Source: an uncultured Bacteroidales bacterium (GTDB taxonomy: Bacteria > Bacteroidota > Bacteroidia > Bacteroidales > JAADJA01). Taken from it: DNA of 64,000 nucleotides. This document shows, piece by piece, positions 30,003 to 40,029 of the stretch. Each line of letters begins with the position of its first letter. Position 1 is the first letter of the stretch. Below the pieces are notes generated by a model. It was not told the DNA's origin. It saw nothing but the letters and a program-made list of their open reading frames with translations, and ran no database searches. The stretch covers positions 2,787 through 66,786 of the forward strand of contig CAVXTE010000102.1 of assembly GCA_963764475.1 (NCBI GenBank), written 5' to 3'. Made by a program: the position numbers and the translations under genes.

Positions 30003-30168
30003 ATTCTCCTGATTACAATAGTTAAAACTTTTACGGCAAAGATAGATGCCGATTTCTTATTTTCGCAAAAATTTTGATGCAATTATAAACTGATCCGGGT
30101 TGATAAGGTGAAAAGCCATTTATTCCGGCCACTAAATTTTAGAAGTATATCCGGGGAATTAAAATCGA

Positions 30169-30819
30169 ATGATAGAAGACTCATACCGTCATAAAGGATT
30201 GCGCAAAAAGCTTGTTGCGTTGATAAGGGACAAAGGTATTCAGGATACAAAAGTTTTGGAGGCGATTAATAAAGTGCCCCGGCATCTGTTTATGGATTCT
30301 TCGTTTCTCGAATTTGCATACGAGGACAAGCCTTTTCCCATAGGTTCTGGACAAACCATTTCACAGCCTTTTACAGTTGCTTTCCAAACCGAATTGCTTG
30401 AAGTTAATAAGGGTGATAAAATACTCGAAGTGGGAACAGGCTCGGGTTACCAGGCTTGTGTGCTGATCGAACTCGGCGCCAGGGTTTATACCGTCGAACG
30501 ACAAAAGAGTCTTTACCTAAAAACAAAAGCCCTTCTTCCAAAACTCGGTTACAGGCCAAAATTAATGACATTTGGTGATGGTTATAAAGGTTTGCCCAAT
30601 GAGGCTCCATTCGATAAAATCATTGTAACTGCAGGAGCACCGTACATTCCCCAGAAACTGATCGACCAGTTATTCCCCGGTGGTGTACTTGTAATCCCTG
30701 TGGGTACCGACGTTCAAGAAATGAAAAAAATTATTAAGACAGATGAAACTGATTTTGTTGTTGAAAATCATGGCAGTTTCCGGTTTGTTCCTTTGTTGAA
30801 CGATAAAGCCACCGATTAA
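30169..30819 (+). CDS. pcm: Protein-L-isoaspartate O-methyltransferase
   Basis: Motifs TISQP and SAM-binding LEVGTGSGYQ, plus the D.IIVTAGAP segment. Confidence 0.88.
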   Translation: MIEDSYRHKGLRKKLVALIRDKGIQDTKVLEAINKVPRHLFMDSSFLEFAYEDKPFPIGSGQTISQPFTVAFQTELLEVNKGDKILEVGTGSGYQACVLIELGARVYTVERQKSLYLKTKALLPKLGYRPKLMTFGDGYKGLPNEAPFDKIIVTAGAPYIPQKLIDQLFPGGVLVIPVGTDVQEMKKIIKTDETDFVVENHGSFRFVPLLNDKATD

Positions 30820-31016
30820 GCAGGTAAATTTTGTGTTCAGAATATTGATCGGAATCGTTGGAGGTCCAAATTTTTAGACGAAAAAAATTCACAGAACTTA
30901 TATTCCGAGAAATCCGGAATAAATTTTGTGTAAAAATGACGAGCATTAAAAACAAGTGGAAATATTGCCTACTTTTGCACAAAATATAAACTGATTATAA
31001 TTTAAATATTTTATCT

Positions 31017-31904
31017 ATGAAAAAGTTAAGTTTTATTGCCATTATTTTATTTGTAACGGGAGTTTTTTTTACATCATGTACAAAGGACGATACAAAGGAT
31101 CCACCAACAATTAGTTTTTTGGGTGGAAATAATTACGTTTCAGGAGATGTTACGCTGACAGCCGGTTCGCAATTTTCATGGGGTATTGCAGCCTCAACCA
31201 ATTCAGGTAAAAATTTAAACAGTTTTAAAGCTGTTCGTAAATTTGAAAATGTAATTACAATTACAGAAGTTGACAGTTCCTTCAACGCTGCTTCTTTTCA
31301 GCAGGCATATATGTCGTTTGCACAGCCGGCTGCTGGAACCGAAGACTGGACATTCACTGTTACCGATAAAGATGGGCTGAGTTCAACTATTTCCTTTACC
31401 ATTACCACCGAAGTCGCAGGGCCAGACATCACTACATATACCGATAAAATTTTAGGTGCACAGGCAAACAATAGCGGGAGCTCATTTGCTTCGGTAGATG
31501 GTACTATTTATAGCCTGGCTGATGCAAAAGCAAATGCAGACAAAATCGATTGGTTGTATTTTTATGGTGCTACTAATCACGCAACCATTGCTGCACCAAA
31601 TGATGTTTCGGCAGCAAGTGTTTTTAACAATGCGACCAACGGATTGCAAACATGGACCGTTTTAAATAATACGAAATTCAAGATGACAACCATTAACAGC
31701 AGTGCATTTGATGCTATCAATACTTCTGCACAAATTGCTGCAGTAGTTGCCGTTCCGGTACCCGGTGATTCAAAAGAAAATAATTTGGCTGTGGGTAATA
31801 TTCTCGGTTTTACAACCGCTGATGGGAAGCTTGGCTTGATCAGGGTTGATGCAATTACAGGAACTGATTCCGGAACAATAAATATTACAGTTAAAGTTCA
31901 GTAA
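31017..31904 (+). CDS. Uncharacterised surface lipoprotein, one Ig-like module plus a conserved C-terminal domain (paralog A)
   Basis: Lipobox FFTSC. The C-terminal ~150 aa are closely similar to the 32044-33261 product. Confidence 0.6.
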   Translation: MKKLSFIAIILFVTGVFFTSCTKDDTKDPPTISFLGGNNYVSGDVTLTAGSQFSWGIAASTNSGKNLNSFKAVRKFENVITITEVDSSFNAASFQQAYMSFAQPAAGTEDWTFTVTDKDGLSSTISFTITTEVAGPDITTYTDKILGAQANNSGSSFASVDGTIYSLADAKANADKIDWLYFYGATNHATIAAPNDVSAASVFNNATNGLQTWTVLNNTKFKMTTINSSAFDAINTSAQIAAVVAVPVPGDSKENNLAVGNILGFTTADGKLGLIRVDAITGTDSGTINITVKVQ

Positions 31905-31928
31905 AATTCATTAGACCAAAATATAAAG

Positions 31929-31960
31929 GAGGGATATTATAAATATCCCTCTTTTTTTTA
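31929..31960 (+). terminator. Rho-independent terminator
   Basis: GAGGGATAT-TATAA-ATATCCCTC followed by a T-run. Confidence 0.65.
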
Positions 31961-32043
31961 TTTTTGGACTTCACAAAAACAAGACATTATGAAAAATTTC
32001 AAATTTCGTATTTCCTTCCGGCAATTATTAGGATTTATTTTAT

Positions 32044-33261
32044 TTGCTATTAATCGTCGACTTCATTCTGGGTTCATGCTCTAAAAAAGAAACCACTGAA
32101 GAACCAGTAAAAACACCACCAAAAATTACTTTGCTGGTGCCCGATACAACGAGCATTATCCTTGAACCTAATCAGCAATTTATGGTATCGCTTGTTGCAA
32201 ATTCAGATAGCAGTGCAGGAAAAACACTTACTGAATTTAAAATTTCTTCGTACCTCGAGGGTGAATTTCCGCTCGATATCTTCGATACCATACTTACAGG
32301 AAATGTATTTCACCTTAACAATTATATGTGTAAAGCAGTTTCCGGGGCAGCCTTGCAACGCTGGTTATTCAAAGTCACGGATAATGAAGGGCTGAGTGAT
32401 TCCATCCTGATAAAAGCCACAATAGCAGAGTTAAATCCACTTATTTCTTTAAAAGACGGTACGAATGGAAACGGAATTGAATATGTTCACAGCGATGTAA
32501 CACTCCAATTGAATTCTTCATTCCTTGTTGGATTGATGGCTAGTTCGAATCCCTATTCGGATGCCAGTCTCACGCATTTAACCATAAAAAGAATTTTTAA
32601 TGTGGGTGGTGTTGTTACACCGGTTGATTCAGCAATGAATACAACGAATTTAGACGTCGATCACACGTTTTTTTGCTATTCAGTGGCAGGCAATGAAGAA
32701 TGGCAGTTCATCGTAACCGATGCCGATGGTAAACAATCTCAAATTGGTTTTACAATTACGACAGCTACAGCACCATCATCGATCAAAACTTATACAAATA
32801 AAGTATTGGGTGCACAATTGTCCAGTTCAGGAGGAGCTTTTGCTAGTTCTGATGGTTCTGTATTTACAATGACTGAGGCAATGAACAGTGCAGGTTCGGT
32901 AGACTGGCTTTACATTTACGATGATGTCAACGGTGCCATCCTGGCTGCTCCGAATGATGTTTTTGCAGGGACTGTTTTTAGTGATACAATAACCGGATTA
33001 CCTGTATGGCCTGTTCGGAATGCAACAAAATTTAAGATGACGACATTGAACAGTGCTGGTTATAATAGCATCACAACATCAACCCAAATTGCAGCCATTG
33101 TTGCTGTTCCGGTTCCCTCGGATACGAAAGAGATGAATATCACCGGCAATAATGTAATCGGTTTTATGACAGCTCAGGGGAAACTGGGACTGATACGGGT
33201 AAATGCAATTAGTCCTTCAACGGCAGGAATCATTTCAATTGATGTGAAAGTTCAGAATTAA
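32044..33261 (+). CDS. Uncharacterised surface lipoprotein, two Ig-like modules plus a conserved C-terminal domain (paralog B)
   Basis: Lipobox ILGSC. The ORF-track TTG start lacks a charged n-region. An out-of-frame ATG at 31989 encodes MKNFKFRISFRQLLGFILFA..., which suggests a frameshift inside the signal peptide. Confidence 0.6.
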   Translation: MLLIVDFILGSCSKKETTEEPVKTPPKITLLVPDTTSIILEPNQQFMVSLVANSDSSAGKTLTEFKISSYLEGEFPLDIFDTILTGNVFHLNNYMCKAVSGAALQRWLFKVTDNEGLSDSILIKATIAELNPLISLKDGTNGNGIEYVHSDVTLQLNSSFLVGLMASSNPYSDASLTHLTIKRIFNVGGVVTPVDSAMNTTNLDVDHTFFCYSVAGNEEWQFIVTDADGKQSQIGFTITTATAPSSIKTYTNKVLGAQLSSSGGAFASSDGSVFTMTEAMNSAGSVDWLYIYDDVNGAILAAPNDVFAGTVFSDTITGLPVWPVRNATKFKMTTLNSAGYNSITTSTQIAAIVAVPVPSDTKEMNITGNNVIGFMTAQGKLGLIRVNAISPSTAGIISIDVKVQN

Positions 33262-33300
33262 AAAAAAGAGGTTGCCTTAATCAAAGCAACCTCTTTTAAA
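33262..33300. terminator. Bidirectional terminator between convergent genes
   Basis: AAAGAGGTTGC-loop-GCAACCTCTTT flanked by A and T runs. Confidence 0.65.
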
Positions 33301-33316
33301 ATTAAAGTTAATTTGC

Positions 33317-36300
33317 TTAGTCTTTAGCACCAAAGATGTAACGTACTCCGATCTGAATTCTCCATCGGGAAGCCGGATCTGAAAAATTATAAACATCAGA
33401 ACGGTCTGTTCCTCCTGTATATGTAAACATCGGCGTCGTATTGTCACTTTCCAACCCTTTAATGTTGATAAGCTCATAGGCATCATAGTTTACAAACCGG
33501 TGTACACCCCACTCTTTATTTAATAAATTCGGAACGTTAAAGATATCTACAGAAATTTGGAGTGTGTGTCTTGAATTTCCCACATTCAGATAAAAATCCT
33601 GAAGGAAACGGAGATCGATATAACTTTCAAAAGGTAATCTTGAACCGTTTCTTACAGCATAATCTCCGCGATGGTTTTTCAAATATTTATCACTTTCGAT
33701 AAATGAATTCAAATCATTCCACTGTTGTTCAGCTGTTTTAGTTACATTGCCATCGTTGTCGGTAATATCGACCAGGTTGATTTCTGACTGATCAGCCGGG
33801 ATCCAAATAAGGGCATAGTCGTCAGAAGCTTCGCCATTAATAATTCTGGAGTTATTGTAGACATAGGAAAATCTTTTTCCTGAACTTCCGTCATATAAAA
33901 GACTGAGTGATGATGAAAAGTTCTTGGCATATTTTTTCTCATAGCCAACAAAGGCAACTACTCTTGATCCCATATCAAAATTTGAATAGGAAAGTTCAAG
34001 GTTATTTCGTCCATTTACATTTTCGACATACCTCCATTGAGATGAATTTTGAGAAGAAAGACCATCATTCATCGATTCAGTTCGTCCGTATGAATAAGCG
34101 ACAGAGCCGATAAATCCTTTAACCGGAGTTTTCTGAAGTTTTGCAGTTAAATTATAGCTATATCCTTTATTTGTATTGGCTCCAAGCATAATCCTGTCGT
34201 AGCGTGATTCAATCTTATTAGTGGGAATCAGCCAGCGATTATCCGGTCCGCCTGTCATTCTCCTGTCAGCAGGGGCTGCGTTATAGTTATAATAAATAAT
34301 GTTGTTAAGAGTTTTCGTATAAATCCCTTCAAGTGTACCAATCAAGCCGCCTGGCAGTTTTTTGTCAATTGCAAGGCTGGTTCTCAGAATTTGGGGATAT
34401 TTGAAGTTTTCAGCGAAAAGATCAATTTGTCCACTGGGTATAGGAGCTTCTCCAGTGTAGAAATCACTGTATGTGTACTGAGTCTGGTAATTCGGATTGA
34501 ATACAATTGGCATTGTGCCGTCCTGCGGATAGCGGTACCTTACACCACCAACTGTTACACCATTATTATTGTATGCTCCTCCTGGCCATACAAGCGGTAA
34601 GCGGCTTGTAAACATTCCAATACCTCCCCTGAGTTGAACTGTTTGATCTCCGTTGATATCCCAGTTGAATCCAATCCTTGGTGCCCACATGATCTGTGGT
34701 TTTGGCATCTTACCGGCTTGTGCTCCTTGCATATCATAGTTGGAACCTGATACCGGATCATACACTGATTCAATCTGACCGACGACCGTATCGTTAAATC
34801 CGGGAGCTTCACGATTAGTGGTAAGGAACATCGGAATATCGAAACGAACGCCGTAGTTAAGTTTAAATTTTTCATTAAGTCGCCATTCATCCTGCGCATA
34901 AAATCCGATCTGAGCCGTATTAAACTCAGCAGCTGCTTTTGATCCATCTCCGGTTACGTCATCAACTAAAGAATAAGAACGGTCATATTCAAACGCAGAT
35001 ACCTCACCAGGCGTGCCAACAGTCATGAAATCGGCTACTGAATTATAGTGGTACTCTCCGTAATTTTGACGAACAAATAAGTTGTACGTATGAGAATATT
35101 CAAAATTAGTTCCAATTGTAATTGTATGAGATCCTTTATATATACTGAAATTGTCATTTAAAGTCAGAATATTTTGGATAAGCTTGTTTGCCGTCGAGAA
35201 TGGTTCGGATCCGGCATAAATTGTTCCTGTGCCGTCATTAATAATAACAGTAGGAAAATCGGCTCCAATCGGATCACGGTCATCGACGACTGAAGTATAA
35301 CCGAGGATCAGGTTATTAGCTGTTTTATTCCAGTTACTTTTTAATTCGAGCGCCGACGAGTTGGTGGTACTTGGAAACTGTTGTCCTGAATTTTCAAAAT
35401 AAAGTCTTTGATTGTTTGATGTATAAGGTTGGATGGCATTATTGTAAACATAACTATGCCTTATCATCAATTTATGAATTTTATTTATATTCCAATCGAG
35501 GCGGAGGAATATTTTGTTGCTTTTCAATTCGTCATTTGTTGATAACAAGCCTCCCGGGTCATATCCATAACGGTTTCTGAGCATATCTGCCAGTGCATTA
35601 ACCTGAGTCAATGATGCATCACCCTGGTAATTTGAAAATTCATATGGCTTGGGTGTAGTTCTCCGCTCCAGTTCCCCGTTGAAAAAGAAGAATAGTTTGT
35701 CTTTTATAATTGGGCCTCCGATGCTCAATCCATAAATATTATCATTGAAATCAGCCAGTTTGGTACGTGCACCTTCAGGATCTTTAAGATCTTTTACACT
35801 TTCCCATGGTGTTTTACCGACAAGGTTTTGATTTTGATTAAAGAAGTATGCCGTTCCTTCAAAATTGTTTTTACCACGTTTGGTAACGGCATTGATACTT
35901 GCCCCGTTAAAACCGCTCTGTCTGACATCATAAGGAGCAAGCTGTATCTGGAACTGGTCGATGATATCCATGCTGAAAGGAGTCCCACCGGTTTGACCTC
36001 CGTTTGTTCCGCTTGCAGCTAAACCGAATACATCATTATTTACCGCACCATCAATAGATATTGCATTGAATCGATTGTTTGCACCGGCAATTGAAATGCC
36101 GCCTTCACGAAATGAGGTTTCAGGATTGATCCGTATATAATCGGAAAGGTTTCTCCCCAAAGTCGGAATTTTCTTTATACTTTGCTGGGTAATAACTGTT
36201 TCTGCCCCTGTCCTGTTCCCATCAAAAATATCGTTGCGCTGTCCTACGATTTCAACACCTTGTAACTCTGTTGAAGTTTCACTCAGTTTTACATCTATCC

Positions 36301-36613
36301 GAAACATCTGGCCCAACGTAAGATAAATGTTGTCTTTTTCGTATGGCTGAAAACCGACAAAAGAAACGGTTAATTTGTATGGCCCTCCCGGGTTCATGTT
36401 AGGAAGGCGATAGTACCCTTTGTCATCGCTGACAGTACCGTACTGCGAACCTGTTTCTTTTTCCACAACCAGAATTGTTGTTCCGGTCAGAGCACTACCA
36501 TTAGAATCCGTTATTTTGCCGCTCAATCCAGCAGTAGTGGTCCCTTGTGAAAACACTGCCGCCGAACTTAAAAAGAAAGCAACAGTTACAATTAGTTTGT
36601 AAAATTTTTTCAT
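33317..36613 (-). CDS. TonB-dependent receptor with N-terminal carboxypeptidase-regulatory-like domain
   Basis: 1098 aa with a signal peptide. The GKITDSNGSALTGTTILV...YRLPNM...Y.L.VSFVGF module is followed by plug and barrel regions. No SusD-like gene lies next to it. Confidence 0.8.
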   Translation of the reverse strand: MKKFYKLIVTVAFFLSSAAVFSQGTTTAGLSGKITDSNGSALTGTTILVVEKETGSQYGTVSDDKGYYRLPNMNPGGPYKLTVSFVGFQPYEKDNIYLTLGQMFRIDVKLSETSTELQGVEIVGQRNDIFDGNRTGAETVITQQSIKKIPTLGRNLSDYIRINPETSFREGGISIAGANNRFNAISIDGAVNNDVFGLAASGTNGGQTGGTPFSMDIIDQFQIQLAPYDVRQSGFNGASINAVTKRGKNNFEGTAYFFNQNQNLVGKTPWESVKDLKDPEGARTKLADFNDNIYGLSIGGPIIKDKLFFFFNGELERRTTPKPYEFSNYQGDASLTQVNALADMLRNRYGYDPGGLLSTNDELKSNKIFLRLDWNINKIHKLMIRHSYVYNNAIQPYTSNNQRLYFENSGQQFPSTTNSSALELKSNWNKTANNLILGYTSVVDDRDPIGADFPTVIINDGTGTIYAGSEPFSTANKLIQNILTLNDNFSIYKGSHTITIGTNFEYSHTYNLFVRQNYGEYHYNSVADFMTVGTPGEVSAFEYDRSYSLVDDVTGDGSKAAAEFNTAQIGFYAQDEWRLNEKFKLNYGVRFDIPMFLTTNREAPGFNDTVVGQIESVYDPVSGSNYDMQGAQAGKMPKPQIMWAPRIGFNWDINGDQTVQLRGGIGMFTSRLPLVWPGGAYNNNGVTVGGVRYRYPQDGTMPIVFNPNYQTQYTYSDFYTGEAPIPSGQIDLFAENFKYPQILRTSLAIDKKLPGGLIGTLEGIYTKTLNNIIYYNYNAAPADRRMTGGPDNRWLIPTNKIESRYDRIMLGANTNKGYSYNLTAKLQKTPVKGFIGSVAYSYGRTESMNDGLSSQNSSQWRYVENVNGRNNLELSYSNFDMGSRVVAFVGYEKKYAKNFSSSLSLLYDGSSGKRFSYVYNNSRIINGEASDDYALIWIPADQSEINLVDITDNDGNVTKTAEQQWNDLNSFIESDKYLKNHRGDYAVRNGSRLPFESYIDLRFLQDFYLNVGNSRHTLQISVDIFNVPNLLNKEWGVHRFVNYDAYELINIKGLESDNTTPMFTYTGGTDRSDVYNFSDPASRWRIQIGVRYIFGAKD

Positions 36614-36916
36614 AGTATTAATTTTTATTAGGTGATTAATTCAATTACTTTTCACTATGCAATTTTAGTTATTAATTAAATTTCCGGGTATAAAAGTTTT
36701 TAAACAAAACACATGATTTTTATAACAATTTAAACTTTTAAGATTCATAAAGATTTTTATTTATAGCAACATCAGCTCATAAAAACTCTCACCTGGGTTT
36801 ATTGAATTGCAAAATTAGCGAGCTATTGATTCCTTAGCTTAATTTAATCTTAAGAAATGTTGAAATTTGACCTGTTAGAAAGCAGGTACTTAGGCAATTT
36901 TCTTTTAGTAAAAAAA

Positions 36917-37696
36917 TTAGAGGATTCTTTGGATGAGGCGAAGCGTGTGGGTATATTTTTTAAGTTCATTGTTATAAATACCCTGATGATCGATGGCATC
37001 GATGCGCACTTTTCCTGATGCATGAATGATTTTGTTTTCGCCCATATAAATGCCTACATGAACAATCTTCCCTTCTTCATTATCAAAAAATATAAGATCG
37101 CCGGCATGCGCTTCACCGATAAAACCGACGGTCTCTCCCTGACTTGCCTGCTGGCTTGCATCGCGAAGAAGTTTAATGTTGTTCAGTTTGAACACAGTCT
37201 GAGTATATCCTGAACAATCGACACCGAAGGGTGTTTTTCCGCCCCATAAATAAGGGGCATTTATGAATAGCATAGCCGTTTCGAGCAGAGATGCGGGATC
37301 GATAAGTTTATCCTCTACTGAAAGGCTTCCATCAAATGAAAATGTATGAACACCGATATGAAAATGCTTCTCTTTTCCGCCATATATAGCTGAACCAAGT
37401 ACCACAGGGATCAGTGAATTTTTTGTCTCATCCTGTACGACTTCCACTACATCCGTAATATACCGGGGATTTGAATTGTTCAATCGACTAAAATCCTCTT
37501 TACTCAACTCCATGATTTGTTTACTGTTCACCCAGCCTTCATAATTGTCGAAAATGATCCGAATGCTCATCCATTCATCCTGCATATCCTCCACAGCCAA
37601 TAAATCCCCGAAAACAAGCTGGGTAACCATTTCTGCTTTTTCTGATGGCTCTGATCTTACTGGCACGATACTCAACAAACAAATTCCGAATTTCAT
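36917..37696 (-). CDS. NlpC/P60 (C40) family peptidase with SH3-like N-terminal domain
   Basis: Catalytic context GVDCSGYTQ and HVGIY. The ATG at 37696 was chosen. Confidence 0.75.
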   Translation of the reverse strand: MKFGICLLSIVPVRSEPSEKAEMVTQLVFGDLLAVEDMQDEWMSIRIIFDNYEGWVNSKQIMELSKEDFSRLNNSNPRYITDVVEVVQDETKNSLIPVVLGSAIYGGKEKHFHIGVHTFSFDGSLSVEDKLIDPASLLETAMLFINAPYLWGGKTPFGVDCSGYTQTVFKLNNIKLLRDASQQASQGETVGFIGEAHAGDLIFFDNEEGKIVHVGIYMGENKIIHASGKVRIDAIDHQGIYNNELKKYTHTLRLIQRIL

Positions 37697-37892
37697 AACC
37701 TTAAAATATGGCTTCAAAATTAACCCTTTTTTATTGAACTCTTTACGGATTAGTTCGGCGAATGGTCTTTTACTTTTTTGTGATACAGATTCTTCAATGA
37801 CAGGGCATTTCTATGTTTACTGCAGTACAATAAAATCAGGTCGCCAGCGTAATTAATGTTGTTTCATTATCTTTGCCCAAATTAGATTTACA

Positions 37893-39404
37893 ATGAAGAT
37901 TCGTTTTTTCAGGTTTATTTCACTTCTGTTTTCCACTTTTCTTTTTATTCTGTTTTTTTTGAATTCATGCGTAAAAGATGAAGTGATTTCTACCGACCCT
38001 GCGTACAAGCTTTCATTTGCATCGGATACTGTGATCTTCGATACGGTATTTACAACAGTTGGTTCTACAACCCGCTATTTAAAGGTATTCAACAGGAACA
38101 ACAACAAAATTAAAATTTCTAAAATTTATCTTGCAGGTGGTTCAAATTCTCCTTACCAGATCAATGTGGATGGTTCATCAGGCCCCGATTTTAACGACAT
38201 CGAACTGAATGCCAACGACAGCTTGTTCATATTTGTTAAGGTTACCATTGATCCGAATCTTGAAACAAACCCACTGATCGTGACCGATTCAATACTTTTT
38301 CTAACCAACAATAATCTTCAGGATATCGACCTTGTCGCATGGGGTCAGGATGCCCATTTTATCGTAGGAGATTCAACTCTATCAGGATTATCTTATAAAT
38401 ATAAAATTGTAGCACACGAAGGCGAAACGGTCGACTGGATCGATGATAAACCGTATGTGATTTACGGCTGGGCTGTCGTAGATTCCACCGGTCGTTTGAA
38501 CATTGGTCCGGGAGTGAATGTACATTTTCACCAAAATTCAGGGCTCTGGATTTATCGGGGAGGAAGCCTGCATGTAAGCGGAGAAATAGATAGTCTGGTT
38601 ACTTTTCAGGGAGATCGTCTCGAACAGCAATATAAGGATTTACCTGGTTTGTGGGACAGAATTTGGATTAATGAAGGAAGCGTTGATAACGAGATCAATT
38701 ATGCAGTAATAAAAAACGGATTTATAGGTATTCAGGCAGAAACGCTTGACGAAGATATGGGTAACAAACTAATCCTCCAGAATACGGTGATCGAAAACAT
38801 GAGCCGGTGGGGATTGTTTACGAAAGCATACAGGGTGATTGCTGCCAACTGCCTTTTTGCTAACTGCGCCGAATATACCCTGTTTTTGTCCGTCGGCGGA
38901 GATTATGATTTCAGGCAATGCACTTTTGCAGATTACTGGACAAGCACGGTTCGAAATGATCCCTCTTTTGTGATCAGCAATAACCTTACTGTTTATGATG
39001 CCGATGGCAATCCGGTAAATTATATCGGTGATCTTCACAATGCTTATTTTGGGAATTGTATTATTTATGGGTTCAATGATGAAGAAATTCTTCTATCGCA
39101 AGATGAACAGGCTACATTTAATTATAAATTCGACCACTCCCTGCTAAAAACCCAAATGGATATTTCGGATCTCGAATATTATAGTTCATGTATACGGAAT
39201 CATGATCCGCTATTTAATGATTATACGGAAAATAATTATCAGCTCGATACACTTTCGCCAGCTATTGATGCAGGTAGCCTGGAAGTGATCAATACCTCCG
39301 GTCTGGATATTACAACCGATTTGAACGGAAATTCGAGAACCACCGATGACGGACCCGATATGGGTGTTTACGAATTTGTAAGTGGGATAAAAAAAAGTAA
39401 GTAA
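37893..39404 (+). CDS. Hypothetical lipoprotein, possible right-handed beta-helix
   Basis: Lipobox FLNSC and repeated G/N-rich turns. I recognise no catalytic motif. Confidence 0.5.
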   Translation: MKIRFFRFISLLFSTFLFILFFLNSCVKDEVISTDPAYKLSFASDTVIFDTVFTTVGSTTRYLKVFNRNNNKIKISKIYLAGGSNSPYQINVDGSSGPDFNDIELNANDSLFIFVKVTIDPNLETNPLIVTDSILFLTNNNLQDIDLVAWGQDAHFIVGDSTLSGLSYKYKIVAHEGETVDWIDDKPYVIYGWAVVDSTGRLNIGPGVNVHFHQNSGLWIYRGGSLHVSGEIDSLVTFQGDRLEQQYKDLPGLWDRIWINEGSVDNEINYAVIKNGFIGIQAETLDEDMGNKLILQNTVIENMSRWGLFTKAYRVIAANCLFANCAEYTLFLSVGGDYDFRQCTFADYWTSTVRNDPSFVISNNLTVYDADGNPVNYIGDLHNAYFGNCIIYGFNDEEILLSQDEQATFNYKFDHSLLKTQMDISDLEYYSSCIRNHDPLFNDYTENNYQLDTLSPAIDAGSLEVINTSGLDITTDLNGNSRTTDDGPDMGVYEFVSGIKKSK

Positions 39405-39431
39405 AAAGGAATTTGGGATTGCGGGTTAAAA

Positions 39432-39680
39432 TTATACTTCATTCAGGCTTTTACTCCTGATTTCATACAATTTTCTCATACCATAGCCAACCCCTAAAAA
39501 CAACATGATAAGAAGACCTCCGCCCAGTGGGGAACCTCCTCCTACTGTAACATCTCCTGTTCCTGGCCCGCCTTCACCCGGATGAGGTGGACTTTGTGCT
39601 AAAATATTGCCTGCAAATAGAATAAATGTGTAGATGAAGCTGAGTATAAATATTTTTATACTTCCGTAGTTAAATTTCAT
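39432..39680 (-). CDS. Small secreted Gly/Pro-rich protein with C-terminal TM helix and basic tail
   Basis: Signal peptide from the ATG at 39680. The mature part reads SPPHPGEGGPGTGDVTVGGGSPLGGG, then LLIMLFLGVGYGM, then RKLYEIRSK. Confidence 0.45.
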   Translation of the reverse strand: MKFNYGSIKIFILSFIYTFILFAGNILAQSPPHPGEGGPGTGDVTVGGGSPLGGGLLIMLFLGVGYGMRKLYEIRSKSLNEV

Positions 39681-39992
39681 ATTCTTCGATTTTAGTGCTT
39701 TGTAAATTATGTAGTTCATCTTAGTAAAAAATTATGCCATGAATTGATATACTTGTAAAAACTTGGTCATCAACAAACTAATGTAAATGAATAGCAGGTG
39801 TACGTATATATTTACTATCCGGTTTCAAAAAACGGATACTATATTCATAAAAATCATAAAAAAATAAATAAAAGTGTCAAAGATTTGTAGTATACATCAA
39901 ATAACCATCATAACCTAATTAATTATAAGCAATTTTAAAATTAACCAATATATAAGCTAAATTTTATGGAGTTTCAATCAAATTTCTTTTTT

Positions 39993-40000
39993 TACTTTTG
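39993..40000 (+). promoter_or_regulatory. Bacteroidetes -7 promoter box (TACTTTTG)
   Basis: TAnnTTTG match ending 30 nt upstream of the ATG at 40030. Confidence 0.4.
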
Positions 40001-40029
40001 TTAACAGTAAAGCAAAATATTCCTGATCT

